The translations under genes were made by a program, and so were the position numbers. Below, in pieces: positions 9,055 to 18,498 of a stretch of DNA of 64,000 nt. Under the pieces are notes generated by a model, which ran no database searches, was not told where the DNA came from, and saw only the letters and a list, made by a program, of their open reading frames with translations. The stretch is from contig DASXEH010000036.1 in assembly GCA_036490215.1 (NCBI GenBank), forward strand, positions 133,208-197,207, written 5' to 3'. This stretch comes from Magnetospirillaceae bacterium (GTDB lineage: Bacteria; Pseudomonadota; Alphaproteobacteria; Rhodospirillales; Magnetospirillaceae). How positions within the stretch are numbered: the stretch's first letter is position 1; the number at the start of each line of letters is the position of its first letter.

Positions 9055-10236
9055 ATGAAGCGGCTTGCAGCCAGCCTGTCCATTTCTGCACTCGCCATTG
9101 CCCTGGCCGCAACCGCGGTCAACGTCCGTGCCGAAGACACCCCGATCAAGATCGGCGCCCTTTTCGCGCTGTCCGGTCCGTTTGCTGACTACGGTCAGGA
9201 AATGCTGAACGGCATGAACCTGTATCTCGCGCAGCATGGCGACACCATCGCCGGCCGCAAGATCCAGTTCATTACGAAAGACGACCAGGCTTCGGGCGAC
9301 TCCGCTAAGCGCCTGGCGCAAGAGTTGATCGTCAACGACAAGGTCGACCTGCTGGCCGGCTTCACCATCACGCCGGAAGCCATGGCCGTCGGCCCTCTCG
9401 GCACCCAGGCCAAGAAGCCGATGGTGATCATGAATGCGGCGACCTCGATCATCACCGAGAAGTCGCCTTATTTCGTCCGCTACTCCTTCACGCTGGGCCA
9501 AGTTGCTTCGGTGCTGGCCAAATGGTCCTATCAGAACGGCATCAAAAACGTTTACACGCTGGTCTCTGACTACGGCCCCGGCATCAATGCTGAAGGCGCG
9601 TTCAAGAAGTTCTTCACGGGCGCCGGCGGCACGATCTCCGGCAGTGATCGGGCGCCGCAGAAGGGTCCGGAATTCGCGCCCTTCATGGAACGCGTCAAGG
9701 CTGCGAAGCCGGACGCGCTGTTCGTGTTCGTGCCCTCGGGCGAGCAAGGCGTGGCCGTGACTAAGGCCTATCAGGAAGCAGGCCTGGCCAAGGTCGGCAT
9801 CAAGCTGATCACCACCGGCGACATTACCGACGAAGACGTGATCGACCAGATGGGCGACGGCGCGATCGGCCTGATCACAGCCTTCCACTACTCGTCGGCG
9901 CATCCGTCCGAGACGAACAAGAAGTTCGTCAAGGCGTGGGAGTCGGCCTACGGCACCAAGATCCGCGTCGACTTCATGGGCGAAGCCGCCTATGACGGCA
10001 TGCACGGCATCTATGACGCGATTGCCGCGCAGAAGGGCCAGGTCGATCCCGACAAAACCGTCGAGCTGCTGAAGAACGAGAAGTTCGAAGCGCCGCGCGG
10101 TCCGCTCGCGATCGACCCTGCGACGCGCGATGCGATCAACACGGTCTATCTGCGTAAGGTGCAGCGCGTGAACGGGCGCCTTGAAAACGTCGAGTTCGCG
10201 AGCGTCCCCGACGTCAAAGACCCCGACCACAAGTAA
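9055..10236 (+). CDS. ABC transporter substrate-binding protein (Leu/Ile/Val-binding, type I PBP family)
   Basis: Signal peptide MKRLAASLSISALAIALAATAVNVRA, an SD ggagg 6 nt upstream, and a position directly ahead of LivHMGF-type genes. Confidence 0.9.
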   Translation: MKRLAASLSISALAIALAATAVNVRAEDTPIKIGALFALSGPFADYGQEMLNGMNLYLAQHGDTIAGRKIQFITKDDQASGDSAKRLAQELIVNDKVDLLAGFTITPEAMAVGPLGTQAKKPMVIMNAATSIITEKSPYFVRYSFTLGQVASVLAKWSYQNGIKNVYTLVSDYGPGINAEGAFKKFFTGAGGTISGSDRAPQKGPEFAPFMERVKAAKPDALFVFVPSGEQGVAVTKAYQEAGLAKVGIKLITTGDITDEDVIDQMGDGAIGLITAFHYSSAHPSETNKKFVKAWESAYGTKIRVDFMGEAAYDGMHGIYDAIAAQKGQVDPDKTVELLKNEKFEAPRGPLAIDPATRDAINTVYLRKVQRVNGRLENVEFASVPDVKDPDHK

Positions 10237-10267
10237 GCTGACATAACCGAGGCCAGGCCCGCGAATC

Positions 10268-11137
10268 ATGGCGGAGCAACTTTTTACTCTCGTGTTCAAC
10301 GGCCTGGCCTACGGAATCCTTCTGTTCATCATGGCGATCGGGCTTTCGGTCACCATGGGGATGATGAATTTCACCAATCTGGCTCATGGCGCTTTCGCCA
10401 TGATCGGCGGTTACCTCGCCTACACGGTGACCATCCAACTGGGATGGCCGTTTCTGGTCTCACTGCCGATCGCCTTCTTCGGCGTCGGTGCGATCAGCGT
10501 GTTTTTTGAAGCCGCGCTCTACCGGCGCTTCTACCGCTCTCCGCAATTGAGCCAAGTGCTCCTCACCATCGGCCTTGCGCTGATGTCGGTTGCCGGCGCC
10601 ACTTACATCTGGGGGCCGCAGCTGCGCCTGGTGCGGATGCCCGACTATCTCAGCGGCCAGACCAGCCTGTTCGGCGTCGAAGTCGGCACCTATCGCCTCT
10701 TCCTGATCATCGTCGGCGCGATCATCGCGCTCGGGCTGGTGATCGGTCTTGAGCGCACGCGCTTCGGCGCTATGGTGCGCGCCACCGTCGACAACCGACG
10801 CATGGCGCAATCACTCGGCATCAACGTCAATCGTGTCTTCCGCTTGACCTTCGCGCTCGGTAGCGGCCTCGCCGGACTCGGCGGCGCGCTGGCTGCCAAT
10901 TTCATCGGCGGCATGCTGCCGAATTTCCCGATGGGCTATCTGCTGGTCTACTTCCTGATCGTGGTGACGGTCGGCGGCCTCGGCTCGACCATGGGCGCTC
11001 TCCTCGCTGCCGTGCTGCTCGGCGTCGGCGATGCGGCGGTCAAATTCTACGCGCCGCATTTCGCGTCCTTCGCGATCTACGCGTTGATGGTGGTTCTGCT
11101 GATGTGGCGGCCGAACGGCCTGCTCGGGCGGCGCTAG
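10268..11137 (+). CDS. branched-chain amino acid ABC transporter permease (LivH-like)
   Basis: 289 aa, polytopic, LivH-family sequence (NLAHGAFAMIGGYLAY...). Confidence 0.9.
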   Translation: MAEQLFTLVFNGLAYGILLFIMAIGLSVTMGMMNFTNLAHGAFAMIGGYLAYTVTIQLGWPFLVSLPIAFFGVGAISVFFEAALYRRFYRSPQLSQVLLTIGLALMSVAGATYIWGPQLRLVRMPDYLSGQTSLFGVEVGTYRLFLIIVGAIIALGLVIGLERTRFGAMVRATVDNRRMAQSLGINVNRVFRLTFALGSGLAGLGGALAANFIGGMLPNFPMGYLLVYFLIVVTVGGLGSTMGALLAAVLLGVGDAAVKFYAPHFASFAIYALMVVLLMWRPNGLLGRR

Positions 11138-11140
11138 ACC

Positions 11141-12133
11141 ATGACCAACACCACCGATCCCGTCGGCGGTTTTCTCCGCCGCTCGCAGTGGCGTCCGACC
11201 GAAATCATGGTCTGGGTGCTCGTCATCGCCGCGTTCTTCGTCTTCCCCGATCGTCTGGTGTTAGGCAGCCGCGTGCTGATCATCGCGATCTATGCCCTCT
11301 CGCTCGACCTGCTGCTCGGCTATGGCGGATTGATCTCGCTCGGCCACGCGGCCTATTTCGGCACCGGCGCCTATGCCGCGGGGCTGATCGCCAATTACGG
11401 CTGGACCGAGCCGATCAGCGGCCTGATCGGGGCCGCTGTCATCGCGGGCGTGCTCGGCTATCTCGCCGGCTTCATCATCGTGCGCTTGAACGGCGTCGCC
11501 CTTCTGATGGTCACGCTCGGCTTCGGCCTCTTGATCTCCGAGCTTGCCAATTCGCTCAACGACATCACCGGCGGGTCGGACGGGCTCAACATGACCTTTG
11601 CGCCGATTCTCGGCCATTTTGATTTCGATCTCGCCGGGCAGACGGCCTACATCTACAGCGCGGCCTTTGCCCTTCTCGCCTTCGTTTTCGTGCGCCGCAT
11701 CGTCAATTCACCCTTCGGCCTGTCGCTGCAAGGCTATCGCGAGAATCCGAAGCGCATGGCGCAGATCGGTGCGCCGATGGCCGCACGGCTGCGGCTGGTG
11801 AACGCGCTGGCGGCGGCGCTAGCGGGTCTCGCCGGCGGCTTGCTCACCCAGACCAATCAATTCGTCGGCCTCGACTCGGTTGGGTTCGAGCGTTCGGCCG
11901 ACACCCTGATCATGCTGATTCTCGGCGGTGGCGGCCGGCTCTATGGCGGCTTGGTCGGCGCGCTGGTGTTTCTGGTGGGCCGTGACGTGTTCTCCGAGGC
12001 CAACCCGCAATATTGGTATTTCTGGCTCGGGCTGCTGCTGGTGCTGATCGTGCTGTTCATGCCCCAGGGCATTCTCGGTGGTATCGACGCGCTGCTCGCG
12101 CGGATCAAGCGCATGCGGAAAGCCGCGCCATGA
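11141..12133 (+). CDS. branched-chain amino acid ABC transporter permease (LivM-like)
   Basis: 330 aa, polytopic. Begins 4 nt after the LivH-like stop. Confidence 0.9.
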   Translation: MTNTTDPVGGFLRRSQWRPTEIMVWVLVIAAFFVFPDRLVLGSRVLIIAIYALSLDLLLGYGGLISLGHAAYFGTGAYAAGLIANYGWTEPISGLIGAAVIAGVLGYLAGFIIVRLNGVALLMVTLGFGLLISELANSLNDITGGSDGLNMTFAPILGHFDFDLAGQTAYIYSAAFALLAFVFVRRIVNSPFGLSLQGYRENPKRMAQIGAPMAARLRLVNALAAALAGLAGGLLTQTNQFVGLDSVGFERSADTLIMLILGGGGRLYGGLVGALVFLVGRDVFSEANPQYWYFWLGLLLVLIVLFMPQGILGGIDALLARIKRMRKAAP

Positions 12134-12874
12134 TCGCCGCACTCGCCACCCAAGGCCTCAGCAAGAAATTCGGAGCGCTTCAGGTCGCGCGCGAGATCGA
12201 CTTCACCCTGCCCGTTGGCGCGCGCCATGCGCTGATCGGCCCCAATGGTGCCGGCAAGACGACCTTCATCAATCTGCTCACCGGCGCGATCGAGCCCGAT
12301 AGCGGTCGCGTCACACTGGGCGAGACCGATATCACTTATGCCGCCACCCATCGCCGCGTGCGCATGGGGCTGGTGCGCACCTTCCAGATCAATTCGCTGT
12401 TTCCCGACTTCACGCCGCTCGAAGCGGTGACGATGACGATCTGCGAGCGCGAAGGCATCGCGGGCCGCTGGCTCAGCAGCCTGACCGGTCACCGCGCGCT
12501 GGCCGAAGAGGCCTATGCGCTGCTGGAGAAGCTGGGCCTGGGCGACGAGGCGACGCGCATGACGCGTTATCTGCCCTATGGCCGCCAGCGGCTCCTCGAG
12601 ATCGGCATCGCGCTGGCCGCCAAGCCGCGCGTGCTGCTGCTCGACGAACCCGCCGCCGGCGTGCCTGAGCGCGAGAGCCACGAATTGCTCGAAGCGATAT
12701 CCGCGCTGCCCGCCGACATCGCGATCATGTTCATCGAACACGACATGGAACTGGTGTTCCGCTTCGCCAACCGCATCACCGTGCTGGTCGCCGGCCAAGT
12801 GCTGTGCGAAGGCGCGCCGGCCGAGATCGCCGCCGATGCGCGCGTGCGTGAAGTCTATCTGGGGTCACGCGACC

Positions 12875-12882
<8 letters not shown>
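12130..12882 (+). CDS. ABC transporter ATP-binding protein (LivG-like)
   Basis: The ATG at 12130 overlaps the previous stop (ATGA). Walker A GPNGAGKTT, Walker B LLLDEPAAG. The track ORF 12013-12882 is extended upstream in the same frame. Confidence 0.9.
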
Positions 12883-13594
<712 letters not shown>

Positions 13595-13600
13595 TCAGTT

Positions 13601-13732
13601 CGTCATTCCGGACAAGGGAGCGACAGCGACCGCCGATCCGGAATCCAGGAGATATTTGCGCGAAGCGCCTTCCTTGGAGTCATATGCTCGCTATCGCTCG
13701 CCGGCTGGACTCCCGCTTTCGCGGGAGTGACG
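13601..13732. repeat. family-B palindromic element (copy B1, about 130 bp)
   Basis: CGTCATTCCGGAC...CCGATCCGGAATCCAGGAGA...GCGCGAAGCGC...GCTCGCTATCGCTCGCCGGCTGG...GGGAGTGACG. Aligns along its whole length with 39155-39297. Confidence 0.85.
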
Positions 13733-13747
13733 AATTATTGGTGACCT

Positions 13748-14539
13748 CTATCTCCCCTTGAACACCGCCGGCCGCTTCTGCAGGAACGCGGCCACGCCTT
13801 TCTGGAAATCTTCGCTGAAGCCCGCGATCGTCTGCAGCCTCCCCTCCATCGCCAATTGATCGTCGAGAGTGTTGGCGGTCGAGGCCTGGATCAGCTTCTT
13901 CGACAAGGCCAGCGCGAGCGTCGGCTGGCTGGCAAGCTTCTCGGCCAGCGCCTTGCCCTCGCCCGGCAAAGCGGCATCGTCGACCACTTTCCAGATCATG
14001 CCCCAGCTTTCGGCCTGCTCGGCTGGAATCGCTTCGCCCAGCATCGTCATGGCGAGCGCCCGCGCGTGACCAATCAAACGCGGCAGCGTCCAGGTGGCAC
14101 CACCATCTGCGGCGAGGCCAATCTTGGCAAAGGGCAGCAGGAAACTCGCCGAGCGCGCCGCGATCACGATGTCGCAGGCCAGTGCGAAACCCGCACCCGC
14201 GCCCGCCGCGATTCCATTGATGACGCCCAGCACCGGCATCTCGAGCTCGCGCAGCGTCTTGATCATCGGCGTGTAGCTCTTCTCGACCACCTCGCCCAAA
14301 TCAGGATGGCCGCCGCCCATCTGCATCGCCTCGGCAAGATCCTGGCCCGAGCAGAAACCGCGCCCCGCGCCGGTGATCACCAAACAACGCACGCCGCTGT
14401 CCTTGGCCGCCACGACATCCAGGGCATGGCGGATTTCCAGGATCATCGTCTGCGTAAAGCAATTCAGCTTATCGGGCCGGTTGAGCGTGATCCTCGCAAT
14501 CGCGCCGGTGTTTTCGAATGTGATCGCGGTGTAGTCCAT
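13748..14539 (-). CDS. enoyl-CoA hydratase/isomerase family protein (PaaG-like)
   Basis: 263 aa, crotonase fold. RITLNRPDKLN and the oxyanion-hole region ITGAGRGFCSGQDL. Confidence 0.9.
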   Translation of the reverse strand: MDYTAITFENTGAIARITLNRPDKLNCFTQTMILEIRHALDVVAAKDSGVRCLVITGAGRGFCSGQDLAEAMQMGGGHPDLGEVVEKSYTPMIKTLRELEMPVLGVINGIAAGAGAGFALACDIVIAARSASFLLPFAKIGLAADGGATWTLPRLIGHARALAMTMLGEAIPAEQAESWGMIWKVVDDAALPGEGKALAEKLASQPTLALALSKKLIQASTANTLDDQLAMEGRLQTIAGFSEDFQKGVAAFLQKRPAVFKGR

Positions 14540-14548
14540 AGTTCTCCC

Positions 14549-16252
14549 CTAGCGGCGCAGGCGCGGCATTGAAGCGATGGCCGCGATAAACGGCATCGCC
14601 ATGATCAATTGCATGATGGCCCAAATCAGCATTTCGCGGTTGGCCAGCATCGCGTTCAACAGCAGCGGCCAGCGATCGGCCCAGGTCGGATGATCGCGCG
14701 CAAAATCCTGACCTTGCGCCAGGGCCACCGCTTCACTGACCGGCGAAAGGACGGCGGCGATCATCAGGCCGAGCGCCAGCATGATCAGCAGCGGCCGGCG
14801 CCGACCATCCGCCAGCGCCTTCAGGCTCGACGGGAACAGGCCGATGAAGGAGAGATCACCACTGCCCGAGACTACCGCGCGGATGATCGCCAAGACAGCG
14901 ACGCCGACGCACGGCACCGCAAAGTCGATCTCGGGAATGTCGCGATAGCGCCCGTCGACGACGAGCAACGCGGTCCACACCATCGCATAGAGCGCAAAAC
15001 CGACCGTCAGCGCCTCGCCATGCCAGCGATCGCCTTTCGACTGCGTTTTCTTCAGCAGGGCCGCTGCGCGCGCGACAATGCCAAAGGCGAGAACCACCGG
15101 TGCGCCGACGCGAACGATCGCCCAGGCCTGCGCCGACCATTGATAGCTGACGGCGCTAATGTGGAATCCGGTCGTTACCGCCAGCCAGGCAAGTCCCTGG
15201 CACAAAAGCGCGAGCACCACCGTGTCGTTCAAGCCGCGCAAACCGCGCCCGAACCAGAGCATTACGGCGAGTCCCGCCACAATCGCCACGCCCGCGCGCC
15301 GCGGCCAATCAGCCACTTCGGTCACTGGACCGCTCATCGCGAATTTGGGCGTGCGACCCGCGTCGAGAATCCCCCAATTCGCGCCGACCGTGTTCTCAAG
15401 CGACGCCTTCCATGGCTGATCGAAGGCTTCGACGATGTTGTAGTCGAGGTCGTGGCGCTTCGCGATGTCGGGCACGGCGCGCACATAGCGCGCTTCGTTG
15501 ATCGTGTTCACCACCGCCGCGCCGCGATCGCGGCCCATCGACGGCCAGCCGGTTTCACCGATCAGGATCGGCTTGCCGGGAAACGCGGCGCGGATCGCCT
15601 CGACGGCATGGATCATGTGCTCTTCAGCGCCCTCGATGGAAACCGGTTCGTCCTCCCAGAATGGCAGCACATGGATCGTGATCACGTCGAGCGCTTGGGC
15701 CACATCGGGATGCTTCAGGAAAAAGACCCAGACATCCGCATAGGACACCGGCTGCTTCACCGCCGCTTTGACGCGCTGGATATAGGCGATCAGTTTTTCC
15801 GGCGGCAGATCGTTGCGCAGCAGCACCTCATTGCCGACGATCACCCGCGTCACCGTATCGGGATAGCGGTTGGCCGCGTCGATCAGCCCGGCGATCTCAG
15901 CATCGTTGGCGGCCGCGCCGACCGGCGTGTGGTCCGAGGTCAGCCACGCCCCCATCGTCACCTTGAGGCCGAGCGCCTGCGCAAACTTGGGAACGACCTC
16001 GAGGCCCCGCGTCGTGCCATAGGTGCGCACCGCCTGGACATGGCCGACCAGCGACTTCAGATCGGCTTCGACCTGTTCCGGCGGCGGCACATCCTGGTCG
16101 ATCGGATCCTGGTGCCCGCGATAGGGCGCGAACGAAACCGACTGCAGGGGACCATCCCAGCTCTCGGTCACAGGAACCGGACGATCGAACCACCACCAGC
16201 AGACGACAGCGATCATTGCAGTCAAAAGACACACACAAACCCTTTGAATCAC
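14549..16252 (-). CDS. ndvC: GH17 beta-glucan synthase/transglycosylase fused to a polytopic membrane domain (NdvC-like)
   Basis: 567 aa. N-terminal TM, then a GH17-like TIM-barrel region (VIVGNEVLLRND..., ILIGETGWPS). The C-terminal half has about 7-8 hydrophobic helices. Size and architecture match Bradyrhizobium NdvC. Confidence 0.8.
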   Translation of the reverse strand: MIQRVCVCLLTAMIAVVCWWWFDRPVPVTESWDGPLQSVSFAPYRGHQDPIDQDVPPPEQVEADLKSLVGHVQAVRTYGTTRGLEVVPKFAQALGLKVTMGAWLTSDHTPVGAAANDAEIAGLIDAANRYPDTVTRVIVGNEVLLRNDLPPEKLIAYIQRVKAAVKQPVSYADVWVFFLKHPDVAQALDVITIHVLPFWEDEPVSIEGAEEHMIHAVEAIRAAFPGKPILIGETGWPSMGRDRGAAVVNTINEARYVRAVPDIAKRHDLDYNIVEAFDQPWKASLENTVGANWGILDAGRTPKFAMSGPVTEVADWPRRAGVAIVAGLAVMLWFGRGLRGLNDTVVLALLCQGLAWLAVTTGFHISAVSYQWSAQAWAIVRVGAPVVLAFGIVARAAALLKKTQSKGDRWHGEALTVGFALYAMVWTALLVVDGRYRDIPEIDFAVPCVGVAVLAIIRAVVSGSGDLSFIGLFPSSLKALADGRRRPLLIMLALGLMIAAVLSPVSEAVALAQGQDFARDHPTWADRWPLLLNAMLANREMLIWAIMQLIMAMPFIAAIASMPRLRR

Positions 16253-16381
16253 TGGACTATTTTCCTTAATCGAACTGTCATGTGACTTGCCTCACCCCCC
16301 TCAAGAGAATGCCGCCGACAAATGTAAAGGTGGTCCGCCCGCAATTGGACCGCCCTCTACGTATTGAACGGGGGATATGCA

Positions 16382-17974
16382 ATGAGTGAAGTTGCCGCAG
16401 CCGCATCACGGCCTGGCACCAAAATGTCGGCGTCGTCCGAAAAGGCCACCCTTTTCGGCGTGTTCGCCATCATTCTCGTAGGCGCAATCTATGCTGGCTA
16501 TCATCTGATCGGCGATCTGACGTCGGTTCCGGCGGAAAGCTTTATGCCCTATCTGCTGCTGGGCGTGGCTCTGTTGATCGCGCTGGGCTTCGAATTCGTC
16601 AACGGTTTCCATGACACGGCCAACGCCGTGGCCACCGTGATCTATACCCGTTCGATGCCTGCCCATATCGCTGTGGTCTGGTCGGGTGTGTTCAACCTGA
16701 TCGGCGTGCTTCTGTCTACGGGCGGCGTCGCCTTCGGCATTATTTCGCTCTTGCCCGTCGAACTCATCCTGAACGTCGGCAGTTCGGCCGGCTTCGCGAT
16801 GGTCTTCGCCCTGCTGATCGCCGCGATCATCTGGAACCTGGGCACCTGGGCGCTTGGTATCCCCAACTCCAGCTCGCACGCCCTGGTCGGTTCGATCATC
16901 GGCGTCGGTCTGATGAACGCCTGGCTGTCGCCCACCAGCGGCACGGCTGGCGTGGATTGGAACCAAGTCTATGGCGTCGGCCGCGCTCTCGCCTTCTCGC
17001 CGCTGGTCGGCTTCGTGCTCTCGGCCCTGTTGCTCCTCCTCTCCAAGGCGATGATCCGCATTCCGAAGCTCTATGCCGAGCCGAAGGGTGACGAAGCGCC
17101 GCCGCTGTGGATCCGCGGTCTGCTGATCCTGACCTGCACTGGCGTCAGCTTCGCGCATGGTTCGAATGACGGCCAGAAAGGCATGGGCTTGATCATGCTG
17201 ATCCTGATCGGCTGCGTGCCGACGGCTTACGCCCTCAACCACGCTGTCGGCGCGAGTGACACGCCTGCGTTCGTTCAAACCTCCAACAAAGCCTCGGCCA
17301 TCCTCGCCGCCCATGGCGGCAACGACACGGTCAAGGACCCGAAGGCGACTCTTTCGGATACGCTCCGCACCAAGACCGTTCAGGCCGGCGAAATCTCCGC
17401 CATGAATGCGATGGTGCAAGACGTCTCCAAGCAGATCTCGGCCTACGGTGCTGTCGGCCAGGTTCCGCCGGATAAGGTCAGCAACGTCCGTAACGACATG
17501 TACCTGCTGAGCGAAAACATCGCCTTCATCAAAAAGCACAAGGCCGTCGAATTCTCCGCCGCTGAATGGAGCGATCTCGACGCCTATAAGAAGCAGGTCG
17601 ACGGCGCGACCAAGTTCATCCCCACTTGGGTGAAGGTGGCGGTGGCCATCGCGCTCGGTCTGGGCACGATGATCGGCTGGAAGCGCATCGTCGTGACGGT
17701 CGGCGAAAAGATCGGCAAGACGCATCTGACCTACGCTCAGGGCGCCGCGGCCGAAATCGTAGCGGCCGGCACCATCATCCTGGCCGACCAGTTCTCACTT
17801 CCCGTCAGCACGACGCACATCCTGTCCTCGGGTGTCGCCGGCACAATGGCGGCCAATCGCTCCGGCTTGCAGATGGCGACCATCCGCAACCTGATCATGG
17901 CCTGGGTTCTGACGTTGCCCGCCGCCATCACGCTGTCGGGTGGCCTGTACTTCATCTTCCGTCAGCTCTTCTAA
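16382..17974 (+). CDS. pit: inorganic phosphate transporter, PiT family
   Basis: Duplicated PiT signatures FVNGFHDTANAVAT and FAHGSNDGQKGMG. The ATG at 16382 is preceded by ggggga. The track ORF begins at an upstream TTG (16364). Confidence 0.9.
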   Translation: MSEVAAAASRPGTKMSASSEKATLFGVFAIILVGAIYAGYHLIGDLTSVPAESFMPYLLLGVALLIALGFEFVNGFHDTANAVATVIYTRSMPAHIAVVWSGVFNLIGVLLSTGGVAFGIISLLPVELILNVGSSAGFAMVFALLIAAIIWNLGTWALGIPNSSSHALVGSIIGVGLMNAWLSPTSGTAGVDWNQVYGVGRALAFSPLVGFVLSALLLLLSKAMIRIPKLYAEPKGDEAPPLWIRGLLILTCTGVSFAHGSNDGQKGMGLIMLILIGCVPTAYALNHAVGASDTPAFVQTSNKASAILAAHGGNDTVKDPKATLSDTLRTKTVQAGEISAMNAMVQDVSKQISAYGAVGQVPPDKVSNVRNDMYLLSENIAFIKKHKAVEFSAAEWSDLDAYKKQVDGATKFIPTWVKVAVAIALGLGTMIGWKRIVVTVGEKIGKTHLTYAQGAAAEIVAAGTIILADQFSLPVSTTHILSSGVAGTMAANRSGLQMATIRNLIMAWVLTLPAAITLSGGLYFIFRQLF

Positions 17975-17998
17975 TCGATCTGACGGTTGCCGAAACGC

Positions 17999-18040
17999 GG
18001 CCGGTCACGCCTCCTCAGGCGGGACCGGCCGTTTCTTTCC
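17999..18040 (+). terminator. GC-rich hairpin plus T-rich tail after pit (overlaps the 3' end of the convergent thioesterase gene)
   Basis: ggccggtc-a-cgcc-tcctca-ggcg-g-gaccggcc followed by gtttctttcc. Confidence 0.4.
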
Positions 18041-18394
18041 ATCGGGGCCGATGGCGACGTAAGTAAAGCGCCCCTCGGTGATCTTTTCGCCCGATCCGCC
18101 AGCGCGCCGCCGCGCCCAGGCCGAAACGACGAAGGCGATCGAGGTCGTCCCGACCTTCTCGACCCGGCAATAGCAAGACAGGACGTCCCCCATATGCATC
18201 GGCTTGTGGAAGTGCATGGCGTCGATAGCTACCGTGACCACCCGTCCCTGGGATCGCAGGCCCGCCGCGATGCCGCCGGCCATATCCATCTGGGAGAGTA
18301 GCCAACCGCCGAAAACGTCCCCGTTGGCGTTCAAATCGGCCGGCATGGCCACCGTCCGAATGGTCGGTTGGCCGGTTGGTTCGATGTCGGACAT
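18005..18394 (-). CDS. acyl-CoA thioesterase (hotdog fold, YciA-like)
   Basis: 129 aa. MPADLNANGDVFGGWLLSQMDMAGG... is typical of YciA-type thioesterases. Confidence 0.85.
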   Translation of the reverse strand: MSDIEPTGQPTIRTVAMPADLNANGDVFGGWLLSQMDMAGGIAAGLRSQGRVVTVAIDAMHFHKPMHMGDVLSCYCRVEKVGTTSIAFVVSAWARRRAGGSGEKITEGRFTYVAIGPDGKKRPVPPEEA

Positions 18395-18498
18395 AATCTT
18401 GCGAGCCCCCTCATTTTCTCAACAGTTAGTGGCGCTTACGACTAAAACCTACCGGATGCGCTTGCCCACCCTGACGAAACCGTCCATATAATGCCGCC

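Noticed and set aside
8965-10299. 444-aa minus-strand ORF.
   Set aside because: It is antisense to the well-supported substrate-binding protein gene and has no motifs.
14609-16285. 558-aa + strand ORF.
   Set aside because: It is antisense to the NdvC-like gene. It is rich in Arg, His, Asp and Gln and has no recognisable domain.
16406-17725. 439-aa minus-strand ORF.
   Set aside because: It is antisense to the PiT transporter gene, which carries both PiT signature motifs.
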